Shown piece after piece: positions 26,527 to 36,484 of a DNA stretch of 64,000 bases. The first letter of the stretch is position 1; the number at the start of each line of letters is the position of its first letter. The notes beneath the pieces are model-generated. The model made no database searches, was not told the origin of the DNA, and worked only from the letters and a program-made list of their open reading frames with translations. The stretch is taken from the sequence record PQ287320.1. One strand, given 5' to 3'. Position numbers and translations under genes: made by a program.

Positions 26527-27206
26527 TCGGCAACCTTCTCGCTCAGCGCCAGCCCGAGGCGCTCGACATCGCCCGCAAGATCGTTGACGGCAGCATCCTG
26601 ACCGACAACGCCCTCGCGACGATCCTGGCCCAGGCCCTGGTGGACGAGGCCGCGACCTACGAGGACCGGCGCCTCGCCTTCATGCACCCGTCGATCCTCT
26701 GCGCGAACGGCGAGTATTACGACTTCACCGACCCGGATTCCTTCTCCTGGGACATCGAGGTGATCGCCGCCGGCCTGCGCGCCCCGCGCTTCACCGCCCA
26801 GACCCGCAGCAAGGGGACCTATTCGATCCTCCAGCACTCGGTCCTGGCCAGCTACAACGTCCCCAAGGGCTTCGAACTGGAGGCCCTGCTGCACGACGCC
26901 CAGGAGAGCGTACTGGGCGACAAGGCCACGCCGTTCAAAATCCTCCTGCCCGACTACAAGCACTACGAGGACCTCGCCGAGCGCGCCGTTCGCCGCCGCT
27001 ACGGCCTGCCCGAGACGATGTCGCCGGAGGTCAAGCACGCCGACCTCGTCATGCTCGCCACCGAGAAGCGCGACATCATGCCGAACCCTGAGGACGAGTG
27101 GGAGATGCTGAAGGCGGTCAAGCCCTCGGAATACCCGATCGAGGTCTGGGACGTCGAGCATGCCCGCAAGGTCTTCCTGGCGCGCTTCGCCGATCTGACA
27201 GCCTGA
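26523..27206 (+). CDS. HD-domain phosphohydrolase (YfbR/YfdR-like 5'-deoxynucleotidase)
   Basis: YSILQHSVL...ALLHDAQE...GD..TPFK...VKHADL. Confidence 0.85.
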   Translation: MIGNLLAQRQPEALDIARKIVDGSILTDNALATILAQALVDEAATYEDRRLAFMHPSILCANGEYYDFTDPDSFSWDIEVIAAGLRAPRFTAQTRSKGTYSILQHSVLASYNVPKGFELEALLHDAQESVLGDKATPFKILLPDYKHYEDLAERAVRRRYGLPETMSPEVKHADLVMLATEKRDIMPNPEDEWEMLKAVKPSEYPIEVWDVEHARKVFLARFADLTA

Positions 27207-27244
27207 CGTCCGCTCCTGACGTAGAACGATACGAGAACATTCAC

Positions 27245-27805
27245 ATGCGTCAAATCACCCTCACCCTGGACGGCCCGGTCGCCGTCGGCAAGTCGCGCCT
27301 GCTGCGCTCGATCAGCTACGCCCTGAACAAGGTCTACCCCGGAGCTTTCACCTTCATCGGCGATGTCGTCGACTGCGATCCGCTCGGTGTCAACACCGTC
27401 GAGCCGGTCACGATCACCGTCGTCGAGACCACCGCTGGCCGTCATCACACGGATCGTCCCGTGGTGCAGGTCACCACGCTCCCGACGGCGGAAGAAGCCC
27501 GCGCGCTGGCCGCCGGCACGACCCACGAGGAACTCCTGGCGCTGATCACCAAGAAGATCACCGAGGCGGCCAAGCGCGGATGGACCCGCACCGAGGTCGA
27601 GGAAGGCTCGGGCGTCCGAGGCGTCTCCGACTGGAACGGGAGCGACGATGCGACGGTGATCGGCAAGACCGCCGCTGCGCTTCGCAAGGCCGGCTACGTG
27701 GTCCGCAAGACGGTGACCGGCCAGCGCCATGACGTCAACGCCCTGTCGATCGAGTGGAAGTCCAAGGTCACGCCCACGGGCGGCCTCGGCTACTGGGACC
27801 GCTGA
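27245..27805 (+). CDS. Hypothetical protein with N-terminal P-loop-like motif
   Basis: LDGPVAVGKS. Confidence 0.55.
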   Translation: MRQITLTLDGPVAVGKSRLLRSISYALNKVYPGAFTFIGDVVDCDPLGVNTVEPVTITVVETTAGRHHTDRPVVQVTTLPTAEEARALAAGTTHEELLALITKKITEAAKRGWTRTEVEEGSGVRGVSDWNGSDDATVIGKTAAALRKAGYVVRKTVTGQRHDVNALSIEWKSKVTPTGGLGYWDR

Positions 27806-28005
27806 TGACCCGCGCCCCGACCCGCGAAGCCCGGCTGGAATCGGCGTTCGCCGATTTCCACGAGCGCAACCTGATGTGCCCGGAGCCGGACTGCGACTGG
27901 GGCGTGATCGAGACCGGCGAGGAAGACCCCGTGACCTTCCTCCCCATCACCCACTCCTGCCCGGTCTGCGCGGGCCGGGGCTTCCTCCCGAAGAAGGCCG
28001 CCTAG
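27805..28005 (+). CDS. Small Zn-ribbon protein
   Basis: CPEPDC...CPVC.G.G. Confidence 0.6.
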   Translation: MTRAPTREARLESAFADFHERNLMCPEPDCDWGVIETGEEDPVTFLPITHSCPVCAGRGFLPKKAA

Positions 28006-28941
28006 ATGACCGACGCCTACGCCCCCGACCTCTGCCTCTACCACGGCAACTGCGCCGACGGCTTCACCGCCGCCTGGGCGGTGCGCGAGCGCTTCGGCGA
28101 CGCGGTCACCTATCTGCCGGCGACCTACGGCCGGCCGCTGGGCGACGACGTCATCCTGGGCCGCCACGTCCTGCTGGTCGACTTCTCCTTCAAGAAGGAC
28201 GAGTTGAAGCGTCTTGCGCGTCTCGCCGCCTCGATCACCGTCATCGACCACCACAAGTCGGCGGCCGAGGACCTCGCCAGCTTCGTCGCCACCGACCAGA
28301 TCATGGCGATGACCCCGGTCGAGTTCGCCGACCTGAGCCAGTTCGCCGGCGCCCTGCCGATCCGTGCGCTGTTCGACATGGATCGCTCGGGCGCGGGCAT
28401 GGCCTGGGACTTCTTCCACCCGACCACCGCCCGGCCGAAGATCGTCGACTACGTGGAGGATCGCGACCTCTGGCGCTTCGTCCAGGAAGGCTCGCGCGAG
28501 GTCTCGTCCTACATCTTCGCCCACGACTACACCTTCGAGAACTGGAGCATGCTGACCGACGAAATCGAGGTCCGCCTGCCCCAGGTCATCGCCGCCGGCG
28601 CGGCGATCGAGAAGAAGCACCACAAGGACATCGGCGAACTCCTGCGCCAGACCCAGCGCGAGATGGTCATCGGGGGCTACCACGTGCCGGTCGCCAACAT
28701 GCCCTACACCCTGGCGAGCGACGCGGCCAACAAGATGGCCGCGACCCCGCGCGCCGACGGGACCCTGCCGGCCTTTGCCGCCTGCTACTTCGACAACAAC
28801 GCCGGCAAGCGGGCCTTCTCCCTGCGGGCGATCGACGGCGGCGCCGACGTCTCCCAGGTCGCCAGCCAGTACGGCGGCGGCGGCCACGCCAAGGCCGCCG
28901 GCTTCTCGGCCGACCTGGGCTGGGAGGGCGACGGTGACTGA
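28006..28941 (+). CDS. DHH/DHHA1 phosphoesterase
   Basis: YHGNCADG, VDF, IDHH and GGGHAKAAG motifs. Confidence 0.9.
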   Translation: MTDAYAPDLCLYHGNCADGFTAAWAVRERFGDAVTYLPATYGRPLGDDVILGRHVLLVDFSFKKDELKRLARLAASITVIDHHKSAAEDLASFVATDQIMAMTPVEFADLSQFAGALPIRALFDMDRSGAGMAWDFFHPTTARPKIVDYVEDRDLWRFVQEGSREVSSYIFAHDYTFENWSMLTDEIEVRLPQVIAAGAAIEKKHHKDIGELLRQTQREMVIGGYHVPVANMPYTLASDAANKMAATPRADGTLPAFAACYFDNNAGKRAFSLRAIDGGADVSQVASQYGGGGHAKAAGFSADLGWEGDGD

Positions 28942-29401
28942 CCTCCTGGCCGCCCCGCCCGAGCCGCCGCCCTACGACTTCCGCACCGACCCGACGCTGC
29001 TGGCCCGCGCCAGCACGATCGCCGCCGGCCTGCTGGCGGGTCATCGGATCATGCACGGCGACGAGCACACCCTGGCCCGCGCCCTGATCGTCCACGAGGA
29101 GCGCGAGACCGCCCGCGCCGAAGAGAAGCGCGCCGAGCCGTGCGTCCTGATCGTGGTCGAAGGCGCGGTCGAGCGCCGGGCGCTCCAGGGCCTGCTCGAT
29201 CCTTCGACGCGCCGCATCCACGTCGTCGCCGCGATGGACCACACCGCCGTGATCGGCCGGCGCTATGCGGCGATCTTCGTGCGCTACCCGACGAGCGCAT
29301 GGTTCGACGTCCGAGGCGTCGAGACCCACGAGTTCCAGGCGTGGGAGCGCCAGCATCTTTTCCCCCGCCTGACCAAGGGCGGCCACTACCAGCACATCTG
29401 A
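28934..29401 (+). CDS. Hypothetical protein
   Basis: GGAGG RBS, GTG start. Confidence 0.6.
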   Translation: MTDLLAAPPEPPPYDFRTDPTLLARASTIAAGLLAGHRIMHGDEHTLARALIVHEERETARAEEKRAEPCVLIVVEGAVERRALQGLLDPSTRRIHVVAAMDHTAVIGRRYAAIFVRYPTSAWFDVRGVETHEFQAWERQHLFPRLTKGGHYQHI

Positions 29402-29407
29402 GGCCCT

Positions 29408-29575
29408 ATGTCGGAACAACCCGAGACCATCACCGTCGACATCCAGCCGGCGGACATCCCCGCGCCCAAGCCGCGCCCGCGCGCCAGGGTCTATGAGCCC
29501 CAGCGGTTCAACACCTTCAAGGCCGCCCTGTTCGGCACCTCGTCCCTGGTCCAGATCAGCTTCTACGCCGGATGA
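29408..29575 (+). CDS. Small hypothetical protein (55 aa)
   Basis: Hand-translated MSEQPETITVDIQ...; GAGG RBS. Confidence 0.5.
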   Translation: MSEQPETITVDIQPADIPAPKPRPRARVYEPQRFNTFKAALFGTSSLVQISFYAG

Positions 29576-29841
29576 CCCCTTCCCGCCGCCGCGCGCTTCT
29601 GGCCCAGATGGAGACCTGCAAGCAGTCGAGCTTGGTCGTCGAGGAGGCGACCAAGCACTGGCGGCGGGACTACGAGGCCTATCACGCCGCCATGGTCTCC
29701 GGCCGCGCCAGCAGCATGCCGGACCAAGCCGTGCAGGACCTGACCATCCGAGCCTCTGCGACCTATGAGGCGCTGCTGGACGCGCTCCGCGTACACGCCA
29801 ACAACCTGGGCCGCCTGCGGTCCCTTCGAGGCTCCTTCTGA
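29572..29841 (+). CDS. Hypothetical protein
   Basis: ATGA overlap. Confidence 0.55.
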   Translation: MTPSRRRALLAQMETCKQSSLVVEEATKHWRRDYEAYHAAMVSGRASSMPDQAVQDLTIRASATYEALLDALRVHANNLGRLRSLRGSF

Positions 29842-30281
29842 TGCGCTACTATCTCGACACCGAGTTCAACGGCTTCGGCGGCGAACTGATCTCCCTGGCC
29901 CTGGTTCGCGAGGACGGCAAGTGGCTGTACCTCGTCTACGAGACGACCCAGCCGATCGATCCGTGGGTCGCCGAGAACGTGATCCCGATCGTCCACCTGC
30001 CGGGCTTGCTCCCGATCCACGTCTCCCACGCCGCCGGCGCCGAGTTCCTGGCCCAATTCCTCCACGGGGACGACAAGGTCGAGATCATCACCGACTGGCC
30101 CGACGACATCCGCTACTTCTGTCAGGCGATCATCGCCGGCCCCGGCATGATGTCGCCGCTGGTCCCGAACCTGAAGTTCTCGATGGTCCGCTGCGACGCC
30201 TACCCGACCAAGCTTCCGGGCGCGGTCCAGCACAACGCCGTCTGGGATGCGCGCGCCCTGCGCCACCTCATGCTCTCGTGA
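29841..30281 (+). CDS. DnaQ-like (DEDDh) 3'-5' exonuclease
   Basis: YLDTEFNG...LISLALV...DW..D...HNA.WDA. Confidence 0.8.
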   Translation: MRYYLDTEFNGFGGELISLALVREDGKWLYLVYETTQPIDPWVAENVIPIVHLPGLLPIHVSHAAGAEFLAQFLHGDDKVEIITDWPDDIRYFCQAIIAGPGMMSPLVPNLKFSMVRCDAYPTKLPGAVQHNAVWDARALRHLMLS

Positions 30282-30807
30282 GGCCCACGGCTCGTCGCCG
30301 GCGCAAGAAGCCGGCGCGCAACTTCCGTATGATGGCGGCGACCTCGACCGCGAGCGTCGCCAATCACCGCACCTATCCGGGCAAGCTGGTCGCCCCCGCG
30401 CCCGGCCACTGCCGCTGGTGTCTGGGGCGATCTATAAGCCGGACGGTTCAATCAACCGCCGCAAGACCTTCTGCTCCCAGACCTGCGTCTCCCACTACCT
30501 CCTGCGGGCTGATCCCGCCGAGATGCGCCGCCACGTCTTCTTCCGCGACCAGGGCGTCTGCGCCATGTGCAAGAAGCGCTGGCTCTACCTGGACGATAAG
30601 TGGCAGGCCGACCACATCGAACCGTTGTTCCTGGCGTTCGGCGACCTCGCCTACTGGGAGCCGGAGAACGTCCAGGTCCTCTGCACCGACCCCTGCCACA
30701 AGGAAAAATCGGCCGAGGACATGCGGAAATACGGCTTCGTCCTGAAGCTGACCCGCGAGCAGAAGAAGCCTCAGGAGCGGCGCCGGTTAGCCGAAAGGCT
30801 GGCTTAA
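30278..30807 (+). CDS. HNH endonuclease (frameshift ~30425)
   Basis: RD.GVCAMC...WQADHI.P...NVQVLC..CH..K. Confidence 0.8.
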
Positions 30808-30821
30808 GTCAAGCGCCTACT

Positions 30822-30837
30822 GTCGTGAATCTTGACA
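30822..30837 (+). promoter_or_regulatory. GANTC/-35 promoter (scaffold/capsid operon)
   Basis: GTCGTGAATCTTGACA. Confidence 0.7.
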
Positions 30838-30967
30838 TTCCGCGAATTTTTTGCTAGGTTCCCCAGCATCCCGATAGAGGTTGGCTCCACCCCCGACGCC
30901 GCCAACTGTCTCGCAACGCGACGGGTCGTCGCCCACCCCATGGGGTCCATGGGAAGAGAGAAACTAC

Positions 30968-31759
30968 ATGCCTGTTCTGTCCTACGATACCCTGGACCTC
31001 GTTCCCGAGGGCCTTCGCGAATACGCCAAGCAAGTCGATGGCAGCGACAAGTTCCAAGTGAACGTCGTCAGCGCCAACAAGATCGACGAGTTTCGCGACA
31101 ACAACATCAAGATTTCGAAGGAGCGTGACTCGCTCCTGGCCGAGGTCGAAACGCTGCGTCCGCTGGTGGGTGAAGACCCCGCTGCTTTCGCGGCCCAACT
31201 TGAAGAACTGCGCTCGATCGCGCAGCGCGTCAAGGACGGCGACCTGAAGGAAGGCCGCGCCCTCGAAGAAGCGCTTCAGAAGCGCACCGAGGAGATGCGG
31301 AAGCAGTACGACGAGCGTCTCCAAGCCACGGGCAAGGAACGCGCGGCTTGGCAGTCCAAGCACGACGAACTGGAGCGTCGCTACAAGCAGTCGCTGGTGT
31401 CGAACGCGATCACCGCCGCTGCGATGGCCCAGGGCTCGGGCGTTGACCCGGCCGCCCTGAACGACGTGGTTCGCTCGGGTCTGGACGTGTTCCGGGCTGA
31501 CGACCAGGGCCGGCTGACCCCCTATGTGGGCGATGCTCCGCTCTACGGCGCCGACGGCGTGACGCCGATGACCGCCAAGGAGTGGCTGGCCAAGCTGAAG
31601 GAGGAGAAGCCCTACTTCTTCCTCGACAGCCGGGGTGGCGGCGCCGGTGGCGACAAGACCAAGACGGTTCACGGCCACACCGCCGAACGTCTGAAGGGCA
31701 TGTCGGCGGCCGAGCGTCTGGCGGCGGCCAACGGCGAGAAGTCGGCTCGTCTGCGCTAA
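30968..31759 (+). CDS. Capsid scaffolding protein (putative)
   Basis: Coiled coil, C-terminal GGGAGG tract, directly upstream of the MCP. Confidence 0.65.
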   Translation: MPVLSYDTLDLVPEGLREYAKQVDGSDKFQVNVVSANKIDEFRDNNIKISKERDSLLAEVETLRPLVGEDPAAFAAQLEELRSIAQRVKDGDLKEGRALEEALQKRTEEMRKQYDERLQATGKERAAWQSKHDELERRYKQSLVSNAITAAAMAQGSGVDPAALNDVVRSGLDVFRADDQGRLTPYVGDAPLYGADGVTPMTAKEWLAKLKEEKPYFFLDSRGGGAGGDKTKTVHGHTAERLKGMSAAERLAAANGEKSARLR

Positions 31760-31786
31760 GTCATGAAACCCCAGGGTTTCGTGACA
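31760..31786. repeat. TGTCACGAAACC-type palindrome copy
   Basis: GTCATGAAACCCCAGGGTTTCGTGACA. Confidence 0.8.
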
Positions 31787-31901
31787 TCGATCTAAGCCCT
31801 CCGGGGCGGAGTTGCCGGGCTCTCTCCAAAAGCCCGGACCCAATTCGCCCGCACGGGCACCAGAGCTAGAGCGCCTCGTGGCGATCGCTCGAACAAGTCA
31901 A

Positions 31902-31928
31902 GTCATGAAATCCTAGGGTTTCGTGACA
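31902..31928. repeat. TGTCACGAAACC-type palindrome copy
   Basis: GTCATGAAATCCTAGGGTTTCGTGACA. Confidence 0.8.
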
Positions 31929-32027
31929 AGAGAATTCCCTCGGTGACGGCCGGTCGACCGAGGGACAGACCGAGACGGGGTCCGTCTCTCACGCGACCGG
32001 TGCGAACACCCTTAGAGGAGCAAGCCA

Positions 32028-32963
32028 ATGGCTGCTGTGACCCTGCTGCAAGCGTCCGAAATGGCGCTCGGCAACGACGAAGTCAAGCGCGCCGCGATCA
32101 TCGAGCTTTTCGCGACGCCCGACATCCTGCGCGTGATTCCGTTCCTGGACATCCAGGGCGGCGCGTACACCTACCTGCAAGAAGGCCAGCTTTCGGGCGT
32201 CGCCTTCCGGGGCATCAACGAGTCCTATGACACGTCGACCGGCGTGATCAACCCGCAAGTCGAGCGCCTGCGCATCGTCGGCGGCGACCTGGACGTCGAC
32301 AAGGCCCTGCTGAAGACCCACGGCGCCAACGTTCGCTCGCAGCAGGAGCGCATGAAGGTCAAGGCCCTGAGCCTGTACCTCGCCGGCAAGATCATCAACG
32401 GCGACTCGGAAGCCGATCCGCGTGAGTTCGACGGTCTGCGCAAGCGCATCACCGGTTCGCAACTCTTCCCGGCCGGCAACACCGCTGGCGGTGACGCCCT
32501 GTCGCTGGCCGTCCTGGACGAAGCCATCGACGCCGTCGACGGCGCGAACTACCTGATCATGTCGAAGCGCATGCGTAACCTGCTCGCGCAGTCGGCCAAC
32601 AACCCCAACGTCACCGGCTACGTGACCTGGGACAAGGACGAGTTCGGCATGCGCATCATGCGCTACGCTGACCTGCCGATCCTGGTCACCGACTACGACG
32701 ACAAGAACCAGCAGGTCATCGACTTCAACGAAGCCTGCCCCGGCGGCGGCTCGGCGGTCGGTACCTCGATCTACGTCGTCAACATCGGCGACGAAGGCGT
32801 GGTCGGTCTCCAGAACGGCGTCATGGAAATCGACGACCTGGGCGAGATCGACGCCAAGCCGGTTCTGCGCACCCGCGTCGAATGGCTGGTCTCGCTGGCC
32901 GTCCTGAGCGGCCGTTCCGCCGCTCGCGTCTGGGGCATCAAGAAGGCCGCCGTCACCCGCTAA
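32028..32963 (+). CDS. Major capsid protein (HK97 fold)
   Basis: GGDLDVD, EFDGL.KR and TSIY motifs; strong GAGGAG RBS; highly biased codons; position after scaffold. Confidence 0.9.
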   Translation: MAAVTLLQASEMALGNDEVKRAAIIELFATPDILRVIPFLDIQGGAYTYLQEGQLSGVAFRGINESYDTSTGVINPQVERLRIVGGDLDVDKALLKTHGANVRSQQERMKVKALSLYLAGKIINGDSEADPREFDGLRKRITGSQLFPAGNTAGGDALSLAVLDEAIDAVDGANYLIMSKRMRNLLAQSANNPNVTGYVTWDKDEFGMRIMRYADLPILVTDYDDKNQQVIDFNEACPGGGSAVGTSIYVVNIGDEGVVGLQNGVMEIDDLGEIDAKPVLRTRVEWLVSLAVLSGRSAARVWGIKKAAVTR

Positions 32964-33039
32964 GGGTGATGGCTCAGGGGGCTCCCGCCCCCTGACCTTC
33001 CTGGTCCTCTTCCACCCCATCTAAGCAGGAACTCCCCAG

Positions 33040-33486
33040 ATGGAATCCAAGATTCGTCACCAGTACGACGCGCTCCTGGCGCTTCAGCCGGTCGGCACCG
33101 CTGCGGTGACCGCCGACGGTTCGTCCGTTAACTCGGTCGACCTGTACCGCATCACCAACGGTCGCGGCGACATCGCCGGCCGTTACGGCATCGGCTCGTT
33201 CGACGTCGTCTTCAAGTTCAAGGCGCTCACCACGGGCGGCGCGACTCCGGAGACGTACACGATCAACGTCGTGACCACCGACGCCGCCGGCGCCAACCCG
33301 GTCGTCCAGGAGTCCTTCGTGGTCGACGCGGCCATGGTCGCGGCTCCCTACGTCCTGGCCTTCCACCCGGCTTCGCTGAAGCTGAAGGACGCCGACGCGG
33401 CCAAGATCAAGCTGACGATCGACGTCGCCGGCACCGCCCCGTCGCTGGACTTCTACGCCTTCGTGGCCCCGCACTCGCACCAGTAA
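33040..33486 (+). CDS. Minor capsid/decoration protein (putative)
   Basis: Directly after the MCP, followed by a terminator. Confidence 0.65.
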   Translation: MESKIRHQYDALLALQPVGTAAVTADGSSVNSVDLYRITNGRGDIAGRYGIGSFDVVFKFKALTTGGATPETYTINVVTTDAAGANPVVQESFVVDAAMVAAPYVLAFHPASLKLKDADAAKIKLTIDVAGTAPSLDFYAFVAPHSHQ

Positions 33487-33520
33487 TGGGCGAGCCGGTC
33501 ACCGGCTAGTCGACCAAGTC

Positions 33521-33553
33521 AAACCCCGGACCTCACGGTCCGGGGTTTTTCTT
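33521..33553 (+). terminator. Intrinsic terminator
   Basis: AAACCCCGGACC/GGTCCGGGGTTT plus T-tract. Confidence 0.85.
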
Positions 33554-33599
33554 TATGTCGAGAGCTTGACACTGCGACAGCCCGCCGCAGGGTCGCCGG

Positions 33600-33610
33600 G
33601 AATCTTGACC
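33600..33610 (+). promoter_or_regulatory. GANTC/-35 promoter (variant)
   Basis: GAATCTTGACC. Confidence 0.45.
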
Positions 33611-33676
33611 ATACGTGGTCTTGTCGTCATACTCAAGCTTCCCGAAAACGTTTGTAGAAGAGCACGTGGAAGCCCT

Positions 33677-34063
33677 ATGGCGTCTTCGGTCAACCTCACC
33701 ATGTGGTCGAATGAAAACTTTGTGCGCGACTTTGTCCTGCGCAACGGGAAGTCGACCGCCTATACCTCATTCAACCTGACGAACGCCGTCCTGCGTTGCG
33801 ACATACGAGACCTCAAGACTGGCGAGGTCCTGATGTCCCTTTCGACCCAGTCGCCGCTCCCCGACGGCTCGGGCCTGATCGTGCTCGACGCCACGACGGG
33901 TCGCTTCGGGTTCCGCCTTGCGCCCTTCTGGGACAAGTTCCCCAAGGCCGACTACGAAAAGCGCCTGCTGGGCTACGATCTCGTCATGGAACGCGACGGC
34001 GTGCTCAAGCGCCTGTTCGGCGGCCGTGTCTTCCTGCGCTGGGGCGTCTCGACCGCCGGATGA
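33677..34063 (+). CDS. Virion structural protein (Ig/BppU-like, putative)
   Basis: beta-rich; located in the structural module. Confidence 0.55.
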   Translation: MASSVNLTMWSNENFVRDFVLRNGKSTAYTSFNLTNAVLRCDIRDLKTGEVLMSLSTQSPLPDGSGLIVLDATTGRFGFRLAPFWDKFPKADYEKRLLGYDLVMERDGVLKRLFGGRVFLRWGVSTAG

Positions 34064-34377
34064 CGACCTACGTCTACATCGAGGGGCAGGACGATTTTGC
34101 GATCTACATCGCCTCTGATGAAGAGACGATCGCGGTCGATCCTGTCCGGGTCGACGCCGGCTCCAGCGACGGCGTGCCCTACCCCTACCCGCCCGACGAC
34201 GGGCAATCCCCCATCGAGACCCCGGACCCCGTCCCGGTCACGGTCGAGATGAATGAAGAAGGACCCATGGGCAAGACCGGCCCGCAGGGTCCCCAAGGCC
34301 TGCAAGGCATCCCCGGAGACTCCGTCCTGACCGATCCAGGCGACCTCATCCTCCTCTTCAACAACCGCCTGATCTAG
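34060..34377 (+). CDS. Short collagen-repeat structural protein
   Basis: GPMGKTGPQGPQGLQGIPGD. Confidence 0.65.
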   Translation: MTTYVYIEGQDDFAIYIASDEETIAVDPVRVDAGSSDGVPYPYPPDDGQSPIETPDPVPVTVEMNEEGPMGKTGPQGPQGLQGIPGDSVLTDPGDLILLFNNRLI

Positions 34378-34386
34378 GAGCCCAAC

Positions 34387-34893
34387 GTGGCCACTTTGGA
34401 AGTCCGCATCCGCGATCTTACGACGCGCATCGCCACCGAATTCAAGACCGTTCGCACCGAGCTTCAATCGCACGACGGCGACCTGTCGACGCTCAAGACC
34501 ACCGCCAAGGCCAATCTGGTCGCGGCGATCAACGAACTCTACGACTACAGCCACGCCCTGGTCGACGACACCGCGCTCGGCACCTCGACCACCAAGACGT
34601 GGTCGGCCGCCAAGATCGCCGCGCAAATCCAGGCCGCCAAGGACAGCCTGACCAACGGCGCGGGCGCGGCGCTCGACACGCTGAAGGAACTGGCCGACGC
34701 GATCGGCAACGACAGCAACTTCGCCGCCACCGTAACCGCCGCCCTCGGCAACCGCGTTCGCTTCGACGCCGCCCAGACCCTGACGGCTCCGCAGGCGCTC
34801 CAGGCCCGCACCAACATCGGCGCCCAGGCCGCCAGCGAGATCGGTAATCCCGACACCGACTTCGTCGCGCTCTTCACCACCGGCCTGACCTAA
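34387..34893 (+). CDS. Head/fibre-associated structural protein
   Basis: LKTTAKANLVAAINEL and LDTLKELADAIGND fibre-type motifs. Confidence 0.7.
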   Translation: MATLEVRIRDLTTRIATEFKTVRTELQSHDGDLSTLKTTAKANLVAAINELYDYSHALVDDTALGTSTTKTWSAAKIAAQIQAAKDSLTNGAGAALDTLKELADAIGNDSNFAATVTAALGNRVRFDAAQTLTAPQALQARTNIGAQAASEIGNPDTDFVALFTTGLT

Positions 34894-34896
34894 GCC

Positions 34897-35331
34897 ATGG
34901 CCACGCTCCAGGCGCGGATTACGTCCCTGGCGCAGGCGATCCGCGACAAGATCAACCTGATGATGCCCCGGCTCCTCCCCACGGGAGGAGCCGCCGGCGC
35001 GCCCCTGGTCAAGACCACGGCCAGCGATTACGCGGTTGGATGGGGCAAGCGCGAATGGGTCATGGACAGCCTGACCACCGACGCCAGCGGCCTTAGGACC
35101 ATCACCTATCCCGTGGCGCTCAGCGTCAAGCCGTTCGTGATCGGGCAGGTCGATCAGGCCTCGTCGGGAAGCCCCCGCGCGACGGCCGTGGAAATCCTCG
35201 ACCGCACCGCCACGGGCTGCACCGTCAAGACCTATCGTCACGCGGTCACCGGGGTCCTGATCGGCGGCAGCGTGCCGGGGATGGAGGTCTATCCGAACGC
35301 GGCGTTCTCCCTGCACATCCGCGAGGCCTGA
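34897..35331 (+). CDS. Structural protein; N-terminus paralogous to the previous gene
   Basis: MATLQARITSLAQAI vs MATLEVRIRDLTTRI. Confidence 0.65.
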   Translation: MATLQARITSLAQAIRDKINLMMPRLLPTGGAAGAPLVKTTASDYAVGWGKREWVMDSLTTDASGLRTITYPVALSVKPFVIGQVDQASSGSPRATAVEILDRTATGCTVKTYRHAVTGVLIGGSVPGMEVYPNAAFSLHIREA

Positions 35332-35344
35332 GACGGCCCGGACT

Positions 35345-35360
35345 GTCGTGAATCTTGACA
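35345..35360 (+). promoter_or_regulatory. GANTC/-35 promoter
   Basis: GTCGTGAATCTTGACA. Confidence 0.7.
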
Positions 35361-35444
35361 CAAGGCTGGTTTCATGCCAGAAGTCAAGTCTCTTTTGTGC
35401 GCGTCGAGACGGCGCGCCGGTCCTCCCCGAAACGGATGCCCCTC

Positions 35445-35801
35445 ATGAGCAACAAGAACCTCGTCCCCGTCTATTCGCCGGACGGCAAGAAGGAACTCCA
35501 CACCCGCCTGAACGCCTATGATCTGGTCAACGGCGCCGGCTGGACCTGGAAGCCGGGCGTCGAGACGACTCCGGCCGCGATCCCGCCCTACCGCTCGACC
35601 GCCAAGGACGGCCCCGAGCCGGCCCAGGCCGTCCTCGACAACGCCGGTCATCGCAACGATCGCACCATCTCCGCCGTGACCGACGCTGACGAAGCCGACG
35701 AAGTCGAAGCCGCCGACGAGGCTGTCGAAGAGGCTCCGGCCGTGGAAGAAGCTCCCGTCGCCCCGGCCCGCCGTGGCGGCCGCAAGTCGACGGCGGCCTA
35801 A
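35445..35801 (+). CDS. Hypothetical protein with acidic low-complexity tail
   Basis: MSNKNLVPVYSPDG... Confidence 0.65.
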   Translation: MSNKNLVPVYSPDGKKELHTRLNAYDLVNGAGWTWKPGVETTPAAIPPYRSTAKDGPEPAQAVLDNAGHRNDRTISAVTDADEADEVEAADEAVEEAPAVEEAPVAPARRGGRKSTAA

Positions 35802-35804
35802 GCC

Positions 35805-36086
35805 ATGCTGGAACTCGGCTACTTCACCAAGACCTGGGTCCTGGACGTGACGTCGGACTCCGACAAGTTCGCCAATCCCGGTAACGGGCAGACGTTCATC
35901 CTGCGGTCGGACCGCAAGATTCACGTCGCCCGTTCGGTGGAGAACGACGCCGAGGCCACCACGGACGACTGCCCGGTCCTGGCTGACGAGCCCGCCAGCT
36001 TCTCGATGGAAGCTGGCGGCTCGCTCGCCTTCATCCTGGCCGACGGCGAGACCGACGGCAAGCTCTACATCACCCAGGTCAACTAA
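35805..36086 (+). CDS. Hypothetical structural protein
   Basis: Operon-packed. Confidence 0.65.
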   Translation: MLELGYFTKTWVLDVTSDSDKFANPGNGQTFILRSDRKIHVARSVENDAEATTDDCPVLADEPASFSMEAGGSLAFILADGETDGKLYITQVN

Positions 36087-36089
36087 GCC

Positions 36090-36481
36090 GTGGCGAACCA
36101 GTCCTACAAGCTCCACGACGTCATCATCGCCTACGTCAAGGCGGGCAACCCGGAACTCGGGCTGCTGACGGCCGCGCCGAACCCGGACGGGACCGGCGTG
36201 GTCGAACCCAACAGCGTCTTCGGCTACGGACGTCAAGCCATCTCGTTCGGCCCCACCGTCCGCATGACGGGCGTGGACGCCGGCAAGTCCTCGATCTCCA
36301 ACAGCGTCCCGATCGTGTTTGGCCCCACCGTCACCGACGGCTGGCCCACCGTCACCCACTGGGGCGTGTTCGACGAAGACGGCGACCTGCTGGACTACGG
36401 CCCCCTGCCGGCGACCCGCACCCTGCCGGTGGGCGACTCGATCTCGTTCGGCGTGGGGCGGTCCAACTCCGCTTCGCCTAA
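36090..36481 (+). CDS. Phage fibre-associated protein (frameshift ~36460)
   Basis: GL.TAAP...GY.RQAI.FG...W.TVTHWGVFD family pattern; corrected end ...GAVQLRFA*. Confidence 0.65.
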
Positions 36482-36484
36482 CCG

